Below are positions 50,346-62,344 of a stretch of 64,000 nt of DNA, piece after piece (within the stretch, counting starts at the first letter, position 1; every line of letters begins with the position of its first letter). The notes under the pieces were generated by a model, which saw only the letters and a program-made list of their open reading frames with translations, had not been told where the DNA came from and searched no databases. The position numbers and the translations under genes are program-made. Location of the stretch: NCBI GenBank assembly GCA_010093815.1, contig ML996575.1; one strand, written 5' to 3'. The DNA is from Pseudovirgaria hyperparasitica. Lineage: Eukaryota.

Positions 50346-53300
50346 TCACTCAAACCTACCCTTCATCCCCAAAACCCCCACCGCCCGGCCCTGAATCGCC
50401 TTCTTCGCCTCCAAACCACTCTGTCTCCACTGGCCCTTCTCCTTGGCCCTGATATCAGCCTTCGCATTCGCCCCGCCAAGGCCGGGAGCTTCGAATCTGC
50501 CTTTGCGCGTGGAGACGCCGCCGGCTGGATATCTAGGGTTTGGATTGACGGTCCCGGTGCTACCTCCAGCTGGGGTGTTGTCGTCTTTATCCTTGGCAAT
50601 TGCTGGGACTGGTTTGGGGAGAGTAGACACTCTCGATGGTCCGGCGTGCATGACTTTCTCCTTCTTCTGCTTCGGCGCAGGTCCAGCGGGCTTGAATGTA
50701 GGCTTGCGCTCCGGTGTACTCGGGACACCTGCACTTGAGCGGCGGCGCTGTGGGTCTGTTGGGTCGGTACTTTGATCTACAGCGTTCAGGCTTGAGATGC
50801 TCTGGCGGACGGTCGATCGTCGCGTGGGAACTGGGGAGTCGAGGAGGCGTGCTGAAACTTCTTGTGGGGCAGGTGATGTGCTTGAGGTTGGGGTACGACT
50901 AGGTGCTGTTGGAGGTTGGGCGGAGGTACCGGAGCTCCTGCGTCTCGCTGGGGTAGGAATGGACTGGGCCGGTTGTGTGTACATTGTGTTGATGTTGTCT
51001 TTCATAGTGCTTTGGCGGCGGACAGATGGGGCGAGGAAGCCTTGAGGACGAGACTTGGTTTCAACTCCACGTTCGGTAACTGGGGGTGCAGGAATTGGAG
51101 GAGGTATTTGATACCTCGCGGCGTCGGTGAAGTTGTTACTAGGGTTTGACGGAGTGTTCATGGTAAATTCATTAGAGTTCAGGCCTGAACTCGACGTTCC
51201 CGTATTATCGATTGTTCCCCCAAGGGATCTTCTCTCTTGATCCCATGTTGTCGGAGGTGGTGTCGACATATCTGGGCCAGGGGTGTCAAGCCCAGCCGGC
51301 TGCTTCATGAACATCGAATACGGCACATTGACCGAAGCGCGGCGAGTCTGTTGACCTTCGGTCTTACTAACTCTGCTGAGATCCGACACGTCTTCACTTC
51401 TGGGCCGTTTGGGCGAGCGTGGAATGTGTATATCGAGAAGGCTCAGTTCACTGCGGGACAGCTGTCGACTTGAGAACACGCCTCGAACGGAATCGGAGCG
51501 ATAAAGAAAAGGATCTACAGCCTTTGCTGCTTTAGGGGTAAGGAGTGGAGTAGTAATGGGTTGAGATGCGCTCTTGGAGTATGCATTTCCGGCGCCGGAA
51601 TTGCCATAGCGGTGTGCGTGAACAGGTGATGGAGGAGACATAGGGACAACGTTCTCGATACGCGGCTGTATTGGGGTATGCGGTGGGGTTGGAGTATTCT
51701 CTGCGACATCTCGCACGGTTTTCACAGCAAATGTGTCGTCATAGCGATGAGCAACTGGACGTATTGTATGTGGGAGCGGGACATGGATAGTTCCGACAGA
51801 AGCCTTGTCTGGATCAATGATCGACATAGAATCGAGAGACTCGTTCACGACAGGCGTTGATGATGGCCGATTGCCAGGTTCTACATCGTTACCGATTCTG
51901 GCCTCTGTCGGCGGCAAGGACGCTTTTCGATAGTCGACTGCGCGTTCTTCCGCGTCAACAACTGCATGTACTATCTGCGAACCCGTCTCTTGAATCGCAT
52001 TGAACAAGTCTCCGATACCCCCTACGGATATGGCCTGAGAAGTGACTTCTGCCGATTCGAAAGGTTTTGGAGTAACACTTCCGGGACGCGAGATCTCAGC
52101 TGCGGAAAGGATTGGTGACAGCACTGTTGGGATGTGGATAGAATCTGATAGAATGGCAGGAAACGACTCAAACTGCGTTGGTGTCCGTTCTTCCTTGCCA
52201 TTTTTCTTCGACACTTGTGGCACGGAGGTCATTAGATGTATACCTCCATTCGGATCTCCAGTGGACCATTGCTCCCAAAAGCTGCGTAATTTAGTCTTGT
52301 CACCAGTGGCAAGATCAGCGGAGTCTAAACGAGATCGAACACCATCGCTAGATCCGTCGAGGGACGATATCGTCTCACTAGGACCATCAACGAATGACAT
52401 CATATCGCCAGCTCCATCGGCAGAAGATAGAGGTGGAGCATGCTGGTGAGCCTTTAACACCGGGGACGCATTGTGGAGGTCGACGCCTAGATCACTTGCA
52501 GCAGAGTCGATGATTCTCAGTATGTCTGTAATAGAGCTCTGCGTGTAATCATTGAGGGCCCGCGCTGCTTGACGATCCTCGTGCTCTGCTGAACCGACCA
52601 GGTCTTCATCATAACGCTGCGGGGGTAGATGGACATGCCAAGTATTCGTCAAGATGTCAGCTCGTGCAGTCGAAAGCTCCTGAGCGAGACGACTGCCCAA
52701 AGACAGACGACTGTCGCTGGACTTTAGGTTCTCGACAACAGATCCAAGCATATGACGGTGTTCAAGCAAGATGCGATCGAAGAGACGGCCCATATCGTTA
52801 GCAATAGATATACTTGGTCCATTCAGTTCTTGATGGACATCACCGAAAACTTCTGCTGCTGCCGGGCTCCCCACTGCTGAGGGTGTGCTAGTCTTCTCAA
52901 AGAAACGAAGATCGTTGAGAGGCTCAAATTGTGAAGCTTCTCGAAGTAATGGCCGTATGTCCTCGTCGTCAATTTTTGCATCCCACGACTCTGCTCGTGC
53001 CTTTACAGTGCGATCGCCTTCAAGAACTTTGTAAGGTAGGAAGCCCCTCTTAGCTATCATCTGAGCGTCGGTGTTAACACGAGTTGGCTCGGGGTTGAAA
53101 CCATGATCCGAGTCATCAGTATCAGAGCGCTCCCGATGGCGCCGCCAGCCAGTATCGTTTTCCTGGATATCAGAATCGGATCGTGTGGCATTAAAAGGTT
53201 GAACCCGTGGGAAACTGTTGTTATCAGCTTCAGGAGAAGCGAGATTGTCAAGCTTGGCAGTCAAGGATGGTGCGTTAAGATCTACTTTTGGATCATCTTT

Positions 53301-54461
53301 TGGCGTGTCAGTACCTCTGACGAATGCGCTACCGTATCTTTTGGGACTCTGCGTTGTATCATCGTCATGCGTAGGTGACTGAGCGGTTCGAGCAGCTTGA
53401 CCCTCCTTGATTTTGCCATCTTCAGTTTGTGACCTCCGAAGTTTGGCTTGTGCTTCTGCATCTTCCCGTCTAAGCTTTATCTTGCAGTTCTTACAGAGGT
53501 CCATGCCTTCTAGATCGCTCCCACCTCCGATACCGACAACCCAGGGTGATGTAGCTTCGAGATTGTGCCGATTCTTGATTCCAACTGGATGGAAACCACC
53601 CTTAACACCGCGCTCATGCAGCAAGCTCGAGCCCCGAGGATATTCGCCGTAGAGCCTGAAATGCCTAGCTTGTCGGCGAGCTTCATCAACATCTACAATT
53701 TCATAGTGACCACAAGCACGTTTGACTGTTGGAAGTGGCAGATTCGGCACAGCCGGTTTCTCTGCCTTGGCTCCGGGGAATCCAAAATGCTTGCTTCCAC
53801 GACGTCCGTAGGCGCCTCGTGAGTCAATGTCGATGCCTTTGTCAAAACTCTTCCATGTTAACGGCTTTACGTCACTGCTTGACGATGGAAGCTTCTCATA
53901 AGGTGGTGAGGAATCCGAAGGACGACGGACAGTGTTGTAGGACGCATCTGATGGAACATTCGACAGCCTAGGCTCCAGACCCTGAATGGATTTGGCCTTG
54001 TCATCAGGTTGAGGGAGTAAGAGGAGATCAGAGGGATCTAAAGTAGTAGGTCTCGAAGACTGATCAGCTATAGTTTCCGGCATAGCTTTCGAGTCACGCC
54101 GTCGATCATTCGAACGGTCAGCGTCGACTTCTCCGGTCGCTCGACGCGATATGCCCGACTGCCTACGCCGCATGAAAGGATTCCTCCTAGTGTTAGAACT
54201 GTCCCGAGAACTGTTGAAACTTGGGACACGAGGTTGTGGCTGGGCAATTGTGCTGTCTCGCCTTCCTGGTCCAGCTTGCTTAGTATCTTGGTCAACTTGA
54301 CCACTGGTATCGCTACCTCTGGGTCTCGGTAACCCTGATAGAATTGAGGCGCTTTTGTCATTGTCCTGCGATGACCTGTACTGTGACCAACGATCCCGGG
54401 TGTAAGGTTCTGCTCGACCGCGAATGCTTGTCGATAGAGGGGTCTTGCGAGGAAAGCTCAT
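50346..54461 (-). CDS. Hypothetical 1371-aa Ser/Pro/Arg-rich, largely disordered protein, intronless
   Basis: A 4.1-kb uninterrupted ORF is far too long for chance. No recognisable globular domain. Confidence 0.8.
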   Translation of the reverse strand: MSFPRKTPLSTSIRGRAEPYTRDRWSQYRSSQDNDKSASILSGLPRPRGSDTSGQVDQDTKQAGPGRRDSTIAQPQPRVPSFNSSRDSSNTRRNPFMRRRQSGISRRATGEVDADRSNDRRRDSKAMPETIADQSSRPTTLDPSDLLLLPQPDDKAKSIQGLEPRLSNVPSDASYNTVRRPSDSSPPYEKLPSSSSDVKPLTWKSFDKGIDIDSRGAYGRRGSKHFGFPGAKAEKPAVPNLPLPTVKRACGHYEIVDVDEARRQARHFRLYGEYPRGSSLLHERGVKGGFHPVGIKNRHNLEATSPWVVGIGGGSDLEGMDLCKNCKIKLRREDAEAQAKLRRSQTEDGKIKEGQAARTAQSPTHDDDTTQSPKRYGSAFVRGTDTPKDDPKVDLNAPSLTAKLDNLASPEADNNSFPRVQPFNATRSDSDIQENDTGWRRHRERSDTDDSDHGFNPEPTRVNTDAQMIAKRGFLPYKVLEGDRTVKARAESWDAKIDDEDIRPLLREASQFEPLNDLRFFEKTSTPSAVGSPAAAEVFGDVHQELNGPSISIANDMGRLFDRILLEHRHMLGSVVENLKSSDSRLSLGSRLAQELSTARADILTNTWHVHLPPQRYDEDLVGSAEHEDRQAARALNDYTQSSITDILRIIDSAASDLGVDLHNASPVLKAHQHAPPLSSADGAGDMMSFVDGPSETISSLDGSSDGVRSRLDSADLATGDKTKLRSFWEQWSTGDPNGGIHLMTSVPQVSKKNGKEERTPTQFESFPAILSDSIHIPTVLSPILSAAEISRPGSVTPKPFESAEVTSQAISVGGIGDLFNAIQETGSQIVHAVVDAEERAVDYRKASLPPTEARIGNDVEPGNRPSSTPVVNESLDSMSIIDPDKASVGTIHVPLPHTIRPVAHRYDDTFAVKTVRDVAENTPTPPHTPIQPRIENVVPMSPPSPVHAHRYGNSGAGNAYSKSASQPITTPLLTPKAAKAVDPFLYRSDSVRGVFSSRQLSRSELSLLDIHIPRSPKRPRSEDVSDLSRVSKTEGQQTRRASVNVPYSMFMKQPAGLDTPGPDMSTPPPTTWDQERRSLGGTIDNTGTSSSGLNSNEFTMNTPSNPSNNFTDAARYQIPPPIPAPPVTERGVETKSRPQGFLAPSVRRQSTMKDNINTMYTQPAQSIPTPARRRSSGTSAQPPTAPSRTPTSSTSPAPQEVSARLLDSPVPTRRSTVRQSISSLNAVDQSTDPTDPQRRRSSAGVPSTPERKPTFKPAGPAPKQKKEKVMHAGPSRVSTLPKPVPAIAKDKDDNTPAGGSTGTVNPNPRYPAGGVSTRKGRFEAPGLGGANAKADIRAKEKGQWRQSGLEAKKAIQGRAVGVLGMKGRFE

Positions 54462-54808
54462 GAGAGCCCAAAGGGGAACGCAGTCGTATATGAGCGATGT
54501 ATGTAAGGGACAAAAGAAATCGAAGATTCGAAGGTGAAGACTGTTTCCTGTCGTGTAGTAGCTGTTCTAATGTAAAGACAATAGGTAAAAGATGAGCACT
54601 TAAAGAGAAAGGGGTGAGAATGAACTTCTCATTCAATGCTGCGTTGTAGATGGGATGGCGAGGAACTCAAGGTGGAAGTACTAGCAATCGAAACAGACAG
54701 TTCGCACCTGCTCTTGGAATCTGAGTGGAAGTTGCTGGTAGTCTACACCATCATTCCTATTGTACAGATTGTACTAACATCGTGCGACTGGCTAAACTAT
54801 GTACATGT

Positions 54809-55628
54809 TTATTTCAAGGCAGCCTGTAGGCTCTCAAGTACCTGTTGCGATTAATATGCTGTTCATCATTTGGTACGTGATGAGAACTCACCTCCAGTTC
54901 AATCTTAGCCTCAGCAATATCTTGTTCGCTACCACTACCGCTGGCGATTTTCTGAGCCTCGTTGATTTGGTTCCTCACGGCCTGCAACACTGTCAGCTCT
55001 GCGTGTCGAACATGATGTTCCGTACTCACGTCGGCACTGAAGTCTTCGAGGGGGAATCCCTCAACGGCGTTGATGCTCAATTGAGAGTCGGGCTGCACGA
55101 CAGCAAATCCACCAGAGACTATAGATCTTGTCAGTTCACTTGTCTTATTGTATTCTTTCGTATAGAGCATACGGAAAAATTGCTTGCTGCCTCCACTCTC
55201 TTCGATGACCTCGACCAAGCCTGGCTTCAATTGTTCGATCGAGGGAACGTGATTTGCGAGCACACCCATCTCACCAGTCTCAGCTGGTATGTTCACTTGG
55301 ACACTATAATGTTCTCCTATTAGCATGTGTCCAATTGCAGGTTGAGCTTCGTGTCGGTGTGTGGGGTCGAACATACACATCCTGGGACTTGAAGATAGCC
55401 TGTAAAGAGTCCAATTAGCCTTCCATACCCAATAACAAATCATGTACGATGCCACATCAAGAGTCCAAGCTGTGAGAGAGATGGGTCATAACGTACCTGA
55501 TGCGGTAGGGCTAAGGAGAGCTTGATCTTGTCCGAGGCGACTTCAGCGTAGCCTCGTCGCTGGATTGGAGCGCGGAAGGCGGTAGGGCGTACTCGAGACA
55601 CAGCCCGAGCGACTCTGAGGGAGTTCAT
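54809..55628 (-). CDS. ATP16: Mitochondrial F1 ATP synthase delta subunit; exons 55628-55497, 55399-55377, 55303-55173, 55118-55030, 54981-54892, 54841-54809
   Basis: Presequence then RRGYAEVASDKIKLSLALPHQ|AIFKSQDV|VQVNIPAETGEMGVLANHVPSIEQLKPG, LSGGFAVVQPDSQLSINAVE and AEAKIELE|VLESLQAALK*. Five canonical introns. Confidence 0.97.
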
Positions 55629-55710
55629 GATGCTGAAGGTGATGGGTTGTTACAATTGGTGCTGCGCAGAAGCGTTCGCGATGAGACAGAGCTCGGGTTC
55701 CAGTTTGTCA

Positions 55711-55758
55711 ATCACGTGATGCCAAGGTAAGCTGTTGAAATTTACGTCTAACCACGTG
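55711..55758. promoter_or_regulatory. E-box motifs in the 215-bp ATP16/hydrolase divergent promoter
   Basis: Palindrome ATCACGTGAT at 55711-55720 and CACGTG at 55753-55758 (bHLH Cbf1/SREBP-type cores). Confidence 0.45.
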
Positions 55759-55843
55759 TCTGGGTCAATCTCGGGGTTCAAGTCAATCAGATAAGATTGC
55801 TTAACTTCCTTGTTTTCATTTCGTCACGTCAACGCCAACTGTT

Positions 55844-57862
55844 ATGCTAAAAGAGTTGGAGGCGGGTCAACCTGGACAGCCTTCCTGGTTGCAAGCGCCC
55901 TTATGGCGAACGTCGCCATTGAAACGCGCTGTAAGTGTATTGAGTCTTGTTCTTCTGCTCTGCAATCTCAGCCGGGATTTCCTCCGTCCGCTACAATGGA
56001 TGTCAAATACACCAGATCGTACGCCGGCGAGGTTTAGTTGGGACAAGATTCGCCCAAGGGAGTACCTCCACTATATCCCTTGTTTTGATGGCTTCCAGTG
56101 CGCACGGCTCGAAGTTCCACTCAATTGGAACGCGACAAACCGAGATTCTGAGCCGAAAGCAATAGTAGCTGTCATAAGACTTCCATCCAAAGTTCCTGTA
56201 ACGGACTCAAGATATGGTGGTGCTATTGTGACGAATCCTGGAGGCCCTGGCGAATCTGGAATTCACCAACTGCTGACTAGCGGAAAGCATCTCCAGACTA
56301 TAGCTGATGCAGGCAAATCGGCTGGAAGGGATGGCAAATTCTTTGATCTCATATCGTTCGATCCGAGAGGTGTCAATAACACCGTCCCACGCTTGAAGTG
56401 CTTCCCCAATGCTGCTACAGAGATCAAGTACCTTGACCAGCTACTAGACTACAGCTTATTGTGGTCATCTCCAAATGTGCTGGGCTTGGAATGGGGGAAT
56501 GCTCAGGCTTTAGGGGAGAGTTGTTCTCGCAAGGATCCGTCTACTGGCATCGAGGCTGTTCATTACGTCAACACTGCGCAGACTGTGGAGGATATGCTGC
56601 TGATAGTCGAGAGGCATGGTGAGTGGCGTGAAGCTGAAGCAAGACGTCTTTTGGGATTGTCACAGCCTAAGATTCTGGAAATCTACGAACTCGCTATGCA
56701 GCGTTTAAAATGGACTCGAGATTTGGAGAAGATGAAATATTGGGGACTGAGCTACGGCACTACTTTAGGTCAGACTTTTGCGGCAATGCATCCTTCGCGC
56801 ATTGATCGCATGGTCATTGACGGGGTAATGAATGCTGCGGACTACTATGCCGGGGCCTGGATGAAGAATTTAGTGGATTCAGACAAGATCATCACTACGT
56901 ACAGTAGATACTGTTTCGAAGCTGGCCCTGATAGATGTCCTTTGCACATGAACACTTCAGTGGAAGATATAGCAAGGCGGTTCGAGGATGTCATGATGGA
57001 CCTCAAAACCAACCCGATTGCAATGCCAGGAGGCGACGAAAACGGACCCGCTTTACTCACATATAAAGATATGCATCTCCATCTTCTCGGAGGGATGTAC
57101 TCGTCGTATTCTCATGCTGAGAACTTGTTCCGGCTCGTCGCAGGAATTGACGCTCGCAATTCGACTATCATACGTGAAGGCATACTGGGAACTGGACGAG
57201 AGATACCGAAGCGTTCTAAGCAATGCGTTCACGATGGTCCATTTTCTGATGCTTGTGTGTCCCAATCGTATATCTCCATGCTTGGTCCAAATCAAGCAAT
57301 CGCTTGCATGGACAGTGCTTGGAACAACTCCTCGAGTCTGACGAAGACACAGTTTGGAGGATACCTAGATGATCTGAAAACCATGAGTAAATGGATAAGT
57401 CCTAGCTGGGCAAGAAACAAGCTGGCATGTGTCGGATACAAAGGCAAGCCTGCTTGGACATTCGATGGACCGATACGTGGTAACACATCCTACCCTATAC
57501 TAGCGATTGGTAACACACATGATTCAGTGTGTCCATTGCGCAAGTAAGTGCAACAAATCACAACCATATCCGCATGTAACTGACTATTCACCAGCGCCGT
57601 GGAGATTACGCACCTTTTTCCGTCGTCAATTGTGGTGCAACAAGATTCCGAGGGACACTGTTTCCAGTCCAGTCCGTCGACGTGCACTGGCCGCATCATT
57701 CGCGAGTATTTCCAAAGTGGAAAACTGCCAGATAATGGAACAGTATGCATGCCAGAATACAAGCCTTTCGTTGGATGTATGAATAGAGATGAAGATGGTA
57801 AGTGTAAGTCCCTGGGTGAGGAAGATGAATCGATCTTCAAAGCTATTGAGGGCTTGACTTGA
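55844..57862 (+). CDS. TAP-like alpha/beta hydrolase (tripeptidyl aminopeptidase-like, peptidase S33 type) with N-terminal hydrophobic anchor; intron 57544-57594
   Basis: FQCARLEVPLNW, NPGGPGESG, FDPRGV, YWGLSYGT (nucleophile), RMVIDGV, GNTHDSVCP (Asp) and QDSEGHC (His). Confidence 0.9.
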
Positions 57863-58104
57863 TGTAAAAGCCGAACCTCTGCGCCCTGTGTATGACAACA
57901 AAGCACAACCAGACAAGATTCTTCGATTCAGTACTGGCGCATGCTACTGTAGACCTTTGTATATACTTCTCTCCCTGGATTTTGTGGATGATTGAGTCTT
58001 GTCAGCCTCAGGGGTTGCAGAACGGATGATACACTCCTAGGATAACACTACAGTCAAATCCCGTTATAACGATACGAATATGGCCACTTCAGACCGATCG
58101 CTAC

Positions 58105-58226
58105 TGATAACGAGAATATCGCAATAAGGAGGTTTGACTGTTGTTCCTGATTCAGGGAGCCCAACAGCCAGATCCAGACTTGGCGATAAAATCTGTAACA
58201 CCAGTGGCTTTTGTGACTTGTTATCT
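58105..58226. promoter_or_regulatory. HGATAR (AreA/Gln3-type GATA) sites upstream of the amino acid permease
   Basis: TGATAA 58105, CGATAA 58184 and TTATCT 58221. These are short motifs, so chance occurrence is possible. Confidence 0.3.
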
Positions 58227-58417
58227 TTATTATGGAGACAGCACGCGAGCGCCGGCAGGCCTCCGAGATACGGCCGAGCACGCCATCCGAAGCCGCTAGA
58301 ACTAATTATCACAATCACCACTTCTCCGCCGATCAAGTGCTTTCAGCCTTTCTTAAAACTTCATTATGCCCAGCCAGACATTTCCAGGTTTTCATTCTCT
58401 GTCAAGCCGTTGTTGCC

Positions 58418-60137
58418 ATGGCCAGCCAAGATATCGGGGATCATTCCCAGGATTTGCCGCCCAAAAGCGCGCTTGATACGTCGCATGATAGCGACTCGAT
58501 CCAAGCAGGTCCATCGCGCGATCATGCCACCGACTTCGTAACCACAAACGAAGACCGCGACTTAAAGCGGGGTCTTGAGCAGCGACACATATCACTAATC
58601 GCGCTCGCTGGCGCTATCGGGACCGGACTCTTCCTTGGTCTTGGATCATCTATACAAACAGGTGGGCCAGCTGGCGCGCTTTTCGGTTATGCTACAATCG
58701 GATTGATAGTCTGTGCTGTTCAATTCGCACTCGGAGAGGTGACGGCTTTACTGCCAGTCACAGGTTCATTTGTGCGGCATGCTGAATTCTTCGTTGATCC
58801 GGCGATGGGATTCGCGATCGGATGGAACATTGTCTATGGGAATTGGCTGAGTATCCCAGCGGAGATATCTGCCATCTGTGTATTATTCCAGTACTGGACA
58901 GATGTGAACTCCTCAGTCTGGATAATTACAGTGATTGTTTTGACGTTCGCTGTTGGAATAGCCTTTATTAGAGTCTACGGTACGCCCCTGTCTTCATAAC
59001 TTGAACATGACATGAGTATTCTAACAACCGACAGGCGAAGTCGAATTCTGGTTCGCTCTCCTTAAGATCTTCTTCATCATCTTCTTGATCATCCTTGGGC
59101 TTGTCATCTCCCTGGGTGGCGTCCCGGGTGCCCCTCGACTAGGCTTTCATTACTGGAAAACGCCTGGTCCGTTCGTTGAGCACATCGCCAGTGGCTCCTG
59201 GGGGAAGTTCCTCGGGTACTGGGCGTGCATGAGCTCTGCCGTGTTTTCTTTCGCTGGGACAGAGTCCGTGGCAATGGCAGCGGCAGAAACGAAGAATCCG
59301 CGACAAGCGATCCCCAGAGCATGCAAGCGTGTCTTCTTCCGTGTTGCAACGTTCTACATCCTGGCTGTTATTGTTGTGGGCATGTTGGTCGCAAGCAATG
59401 ATCCAAGATTGGACGATCAATCTGGTACAGCTGCGCAGTCCCCATTTGTCATTGCTGCGTCCGCGGCGGGAATCAAGGCCATTCCATCAGTCGTCAACGC
59501 CATCGTGATCACGTCAGCATGGAGCTCTTCGAATCAGGCTCTGCTTTCCGGGACTCGTGTGCTCTATGCTTTGGCCTTGAAGAAACAAGCACCAAGCGTT
59601 CTCCTGCGAACGACCCCATGGGGCGTTCCATACGTCTGCGTCATAGTCCAGACTGTGTTCATGTTCCTAGCATTCATGAGTCTTTCAGACGGGGCACTGA
59701 CAGTATTCTACTGGTTCGTTGATCTGACTGCCTGCGGTGTCCTGATCAGTTGGTCGTCGATTCTGCTCAACCACTACCGTTTGATCCTTGCAATGAAGAA
59801 GCAAGAAATCCCATACTCACTGTTACCATGGCACAATTCATGGACGAGATACTCTACGCCTGTGGCACTCTTCATGTGCGTTCTAATCTTGTTCACATCA
59901 GGATTCTCGACGTTCACGAAGGGCCACTGGTCGACCGCCGGATTCGTGTCCAGCTACCTAGATATTCCCCTTGTCCTGACAGCATTCTTGCTGTGGAAGA
60001 TCATCAAGAAGACCAAGTTTGTCAATTTAGAGGATATACCTTTACGAGAGGCTCTGAGCGAGATCGACAGGCGGCCAGAGCTACCTGAACCGCCAAAGAA
60101 AGGGTGGATGAAGATTGTTGGTTTCCTTTGGGATTGA
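58418..60137 (+). CDS. Amino acid permease (APC superfamily, yeast amino acid transporter family); intron 58980-59034
   Basis: LKRGLEQRHISLIALAGAIGTGLFLG, FVDPAMGFAIGWN, RVY|GEVEFWF, FSFAGTE, AAETKNPRQAIPRACKRVF, SPFVIA and about 12 hydrophobic segments. Confidence 0.95.
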
Positions 60138-60292
60138 AATACTTATTCCTGATGTGATGGATTCAAGGTCGGTCTTCAACATGCTGCTGTGGTATAGATT
60201 TACTTTTAATTGTTATATGGAGATTGCATGACGCATTCGGTGACCTAGGACGCAGTGGCATGGAGCCTGTTCAATATCGACCCTTCCTCTAA

Positions 60293-62344
60293 TTAACATT
60301 TCGTCCCACACCCCCTCAACAGCACCTCCTTCTCGCTATTCACATCTAACCTAACTCTAACATTCTTCGCCTGCCTTTTATGCTTGTGCAGTCCATCCCC
60401 CAGCACGAATTTCTCCCGCGTCTCCTGATCTAGCCCATGCAGCAACACGGCCAATGCACTACTCTTCCACAACGTTGTCTTCGTCGCCCTCGTGCTCAAC
60501 ATCGCAGCAACCAGAAACGCAACTGTCAAAAACACCACCGCTACCGGTAGGACCACAAAGCCCCATCGCACATGCACGTACGACTCCGCGCTCAGCGCCT
60601 TGCCTTGTACAGGAACCGCACCGTTGAAGCCGCGAAACGCAGTCGTCATTGAAACAGCAAGGTCGCTCATCAGCATGTTCAGCCCGTCGGCGTACTCGTA
60701 GTAGTTCCAGTAGAATGCAGTCACGATGTCGCTGTCGAAAAACGTTTCTCCAGACGAGATGCCCACAGTGAGATTGACGACGACGGCGCGGTCGGGGTCG
60801 GTGATGCTACGGGTGAAGTCGGACGTTGTGCGTGTTGCGGAGCCGTTGGCGAAGATGGCGCTGAACCAGCCTCGGATACTTAGTAGGGCGCCCATGCTGA
60901 GCAGGAATGGGGGCTCAGTGGGGAATGTGCCTTTTATGTAGACGCCGTAGTCTGATGTCTCTGAAGGTGAGGATATGTCGAGTACGGTGTGGTTAAGGAC
61001 CGAGTCTGACGTGTTCTCGGAGAGCGTGCCGTTTGTGACGGTTGAATGTAGTGTGTTGACACATGTCTGGAGTGTGCATTGTTTTGCCCAAGGGTTGAGC
61101 TGCTCTGGGGTGTCTTGGTACTCGGTGCCCATGAATATGATTCGGATTAGTGTGGAGTGAGGCATGTCACCGTAGGCCGATGGTATGAAAGAAGTCATGC
61201 TGAAAACGTCAGAACTGGTGTTTAGCTGTCCGCCCTGTGGTATCTGCCATCCGCACTGAGAGATGTTCTGCGTAGGACCGAATTCAGGTGGGCAGTATCG
61301 GGTCATGAGTGAACTGATATCCACACATTCGTGACACACTGCGAGAGACTCATAGGGCTCCCAGATGCAGTTTCCGCTTTGACAATTGAAAGGGAGAGAT
61401 GCAACAGGGCGATTGTTCTCGGCGAAGAGACCGTTGTACACGGCCGCTTTGAGCGGCAAGATTGGGACGAAGCCAGCTGAGTACATGTCAGTGGTACTCA
61501 TGCTACATCGGTAGGGGACTTACTTGTACTTGTGTTGCCCATGAGTGCTGGAGTGAAGTTGAGCGCACGAGGAATTTCAGCACCGACGTCACTTTCTACC
61601 CATCTTGTTCTATACGCCGCCACTTGCTGTGCAAAGGGGCCAAGAGCAAGGCCAAGGATAGCAATAACAGCACCAAAAGATCCGAGAAGTCTGGTATCGT
61701 TTAGAAAAGGTTACAATATGCGCAAACATGACTTACCCTCCTCTTCCAGTCGTAAGCATGACAATCGAGCCCCATGTCCCTCGGCTCGCATCATCAAATA
61801 CCTCCATATCAGAAAGGGGCGCGTCACTTGTCTTGAAGCGTATCCACTTGGACTGCGAGATACCACTACTCAAACTGACGGATAGCGTGGCATTGGCAAT
61901 AGTAGCCAGCAGCGCAATGAGTGCATTGAGCGTAATGTAATATGGCCATTCTGGAAGAGCGCGCCCATTGAACCTCGACATGACTCCAATAATAGCTGCA
62001 ACTGCTCCGAGCCCAAAGGTCAACGAAATGATCTCAAGAGTCCAGGTATCAGACTTTCTGAGACGAGGCACCTTGTTCCATGATCTGAGACTGCCAGACT
62101 CAGGTTTATCGACTGTCGTGCTAGTGGAGTTGCTCCAGTGGTGACGGCTGTCTTCTTTGGCTTGTACAAGAGGCGTCTTATTTGATTTGTGGAGACTCAG
62201 TGGCTCTGAGACTAAGTGATCTCTGGAGTCGGAATGGTCTCTAGAGCCAATGATTTCGTCCCTGGGATCATTGACCTGGGCTATGTCTTCTTGGAAGATT
62301 GAGTCTTCATCCAAGTGTGGTCCTTGGAGTGATTGATAAGCCAT
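60293..62344 (-). CDS. DUF3176-family fungal membrane protein; introns 61736-61691 and 61523-61477
   Basis: WTLEIISL, LPEWPYYITLNALIALL, ISQSKWIRF, LSDMEVFDDASRGTWGS, CQSGNCIW..YESLAVC..C, YVHVRWGFVVLP and LWKSSALAVLLHGL. Confidence 0.9.

Noticed and set aside
58232..58417. 62-aa N-terminal extension of the amino acid permease
   Set aside because: The extension looks non-conserved and ATG 58418 (GCCATGG) has the better context. Not excluded, but unsupported.
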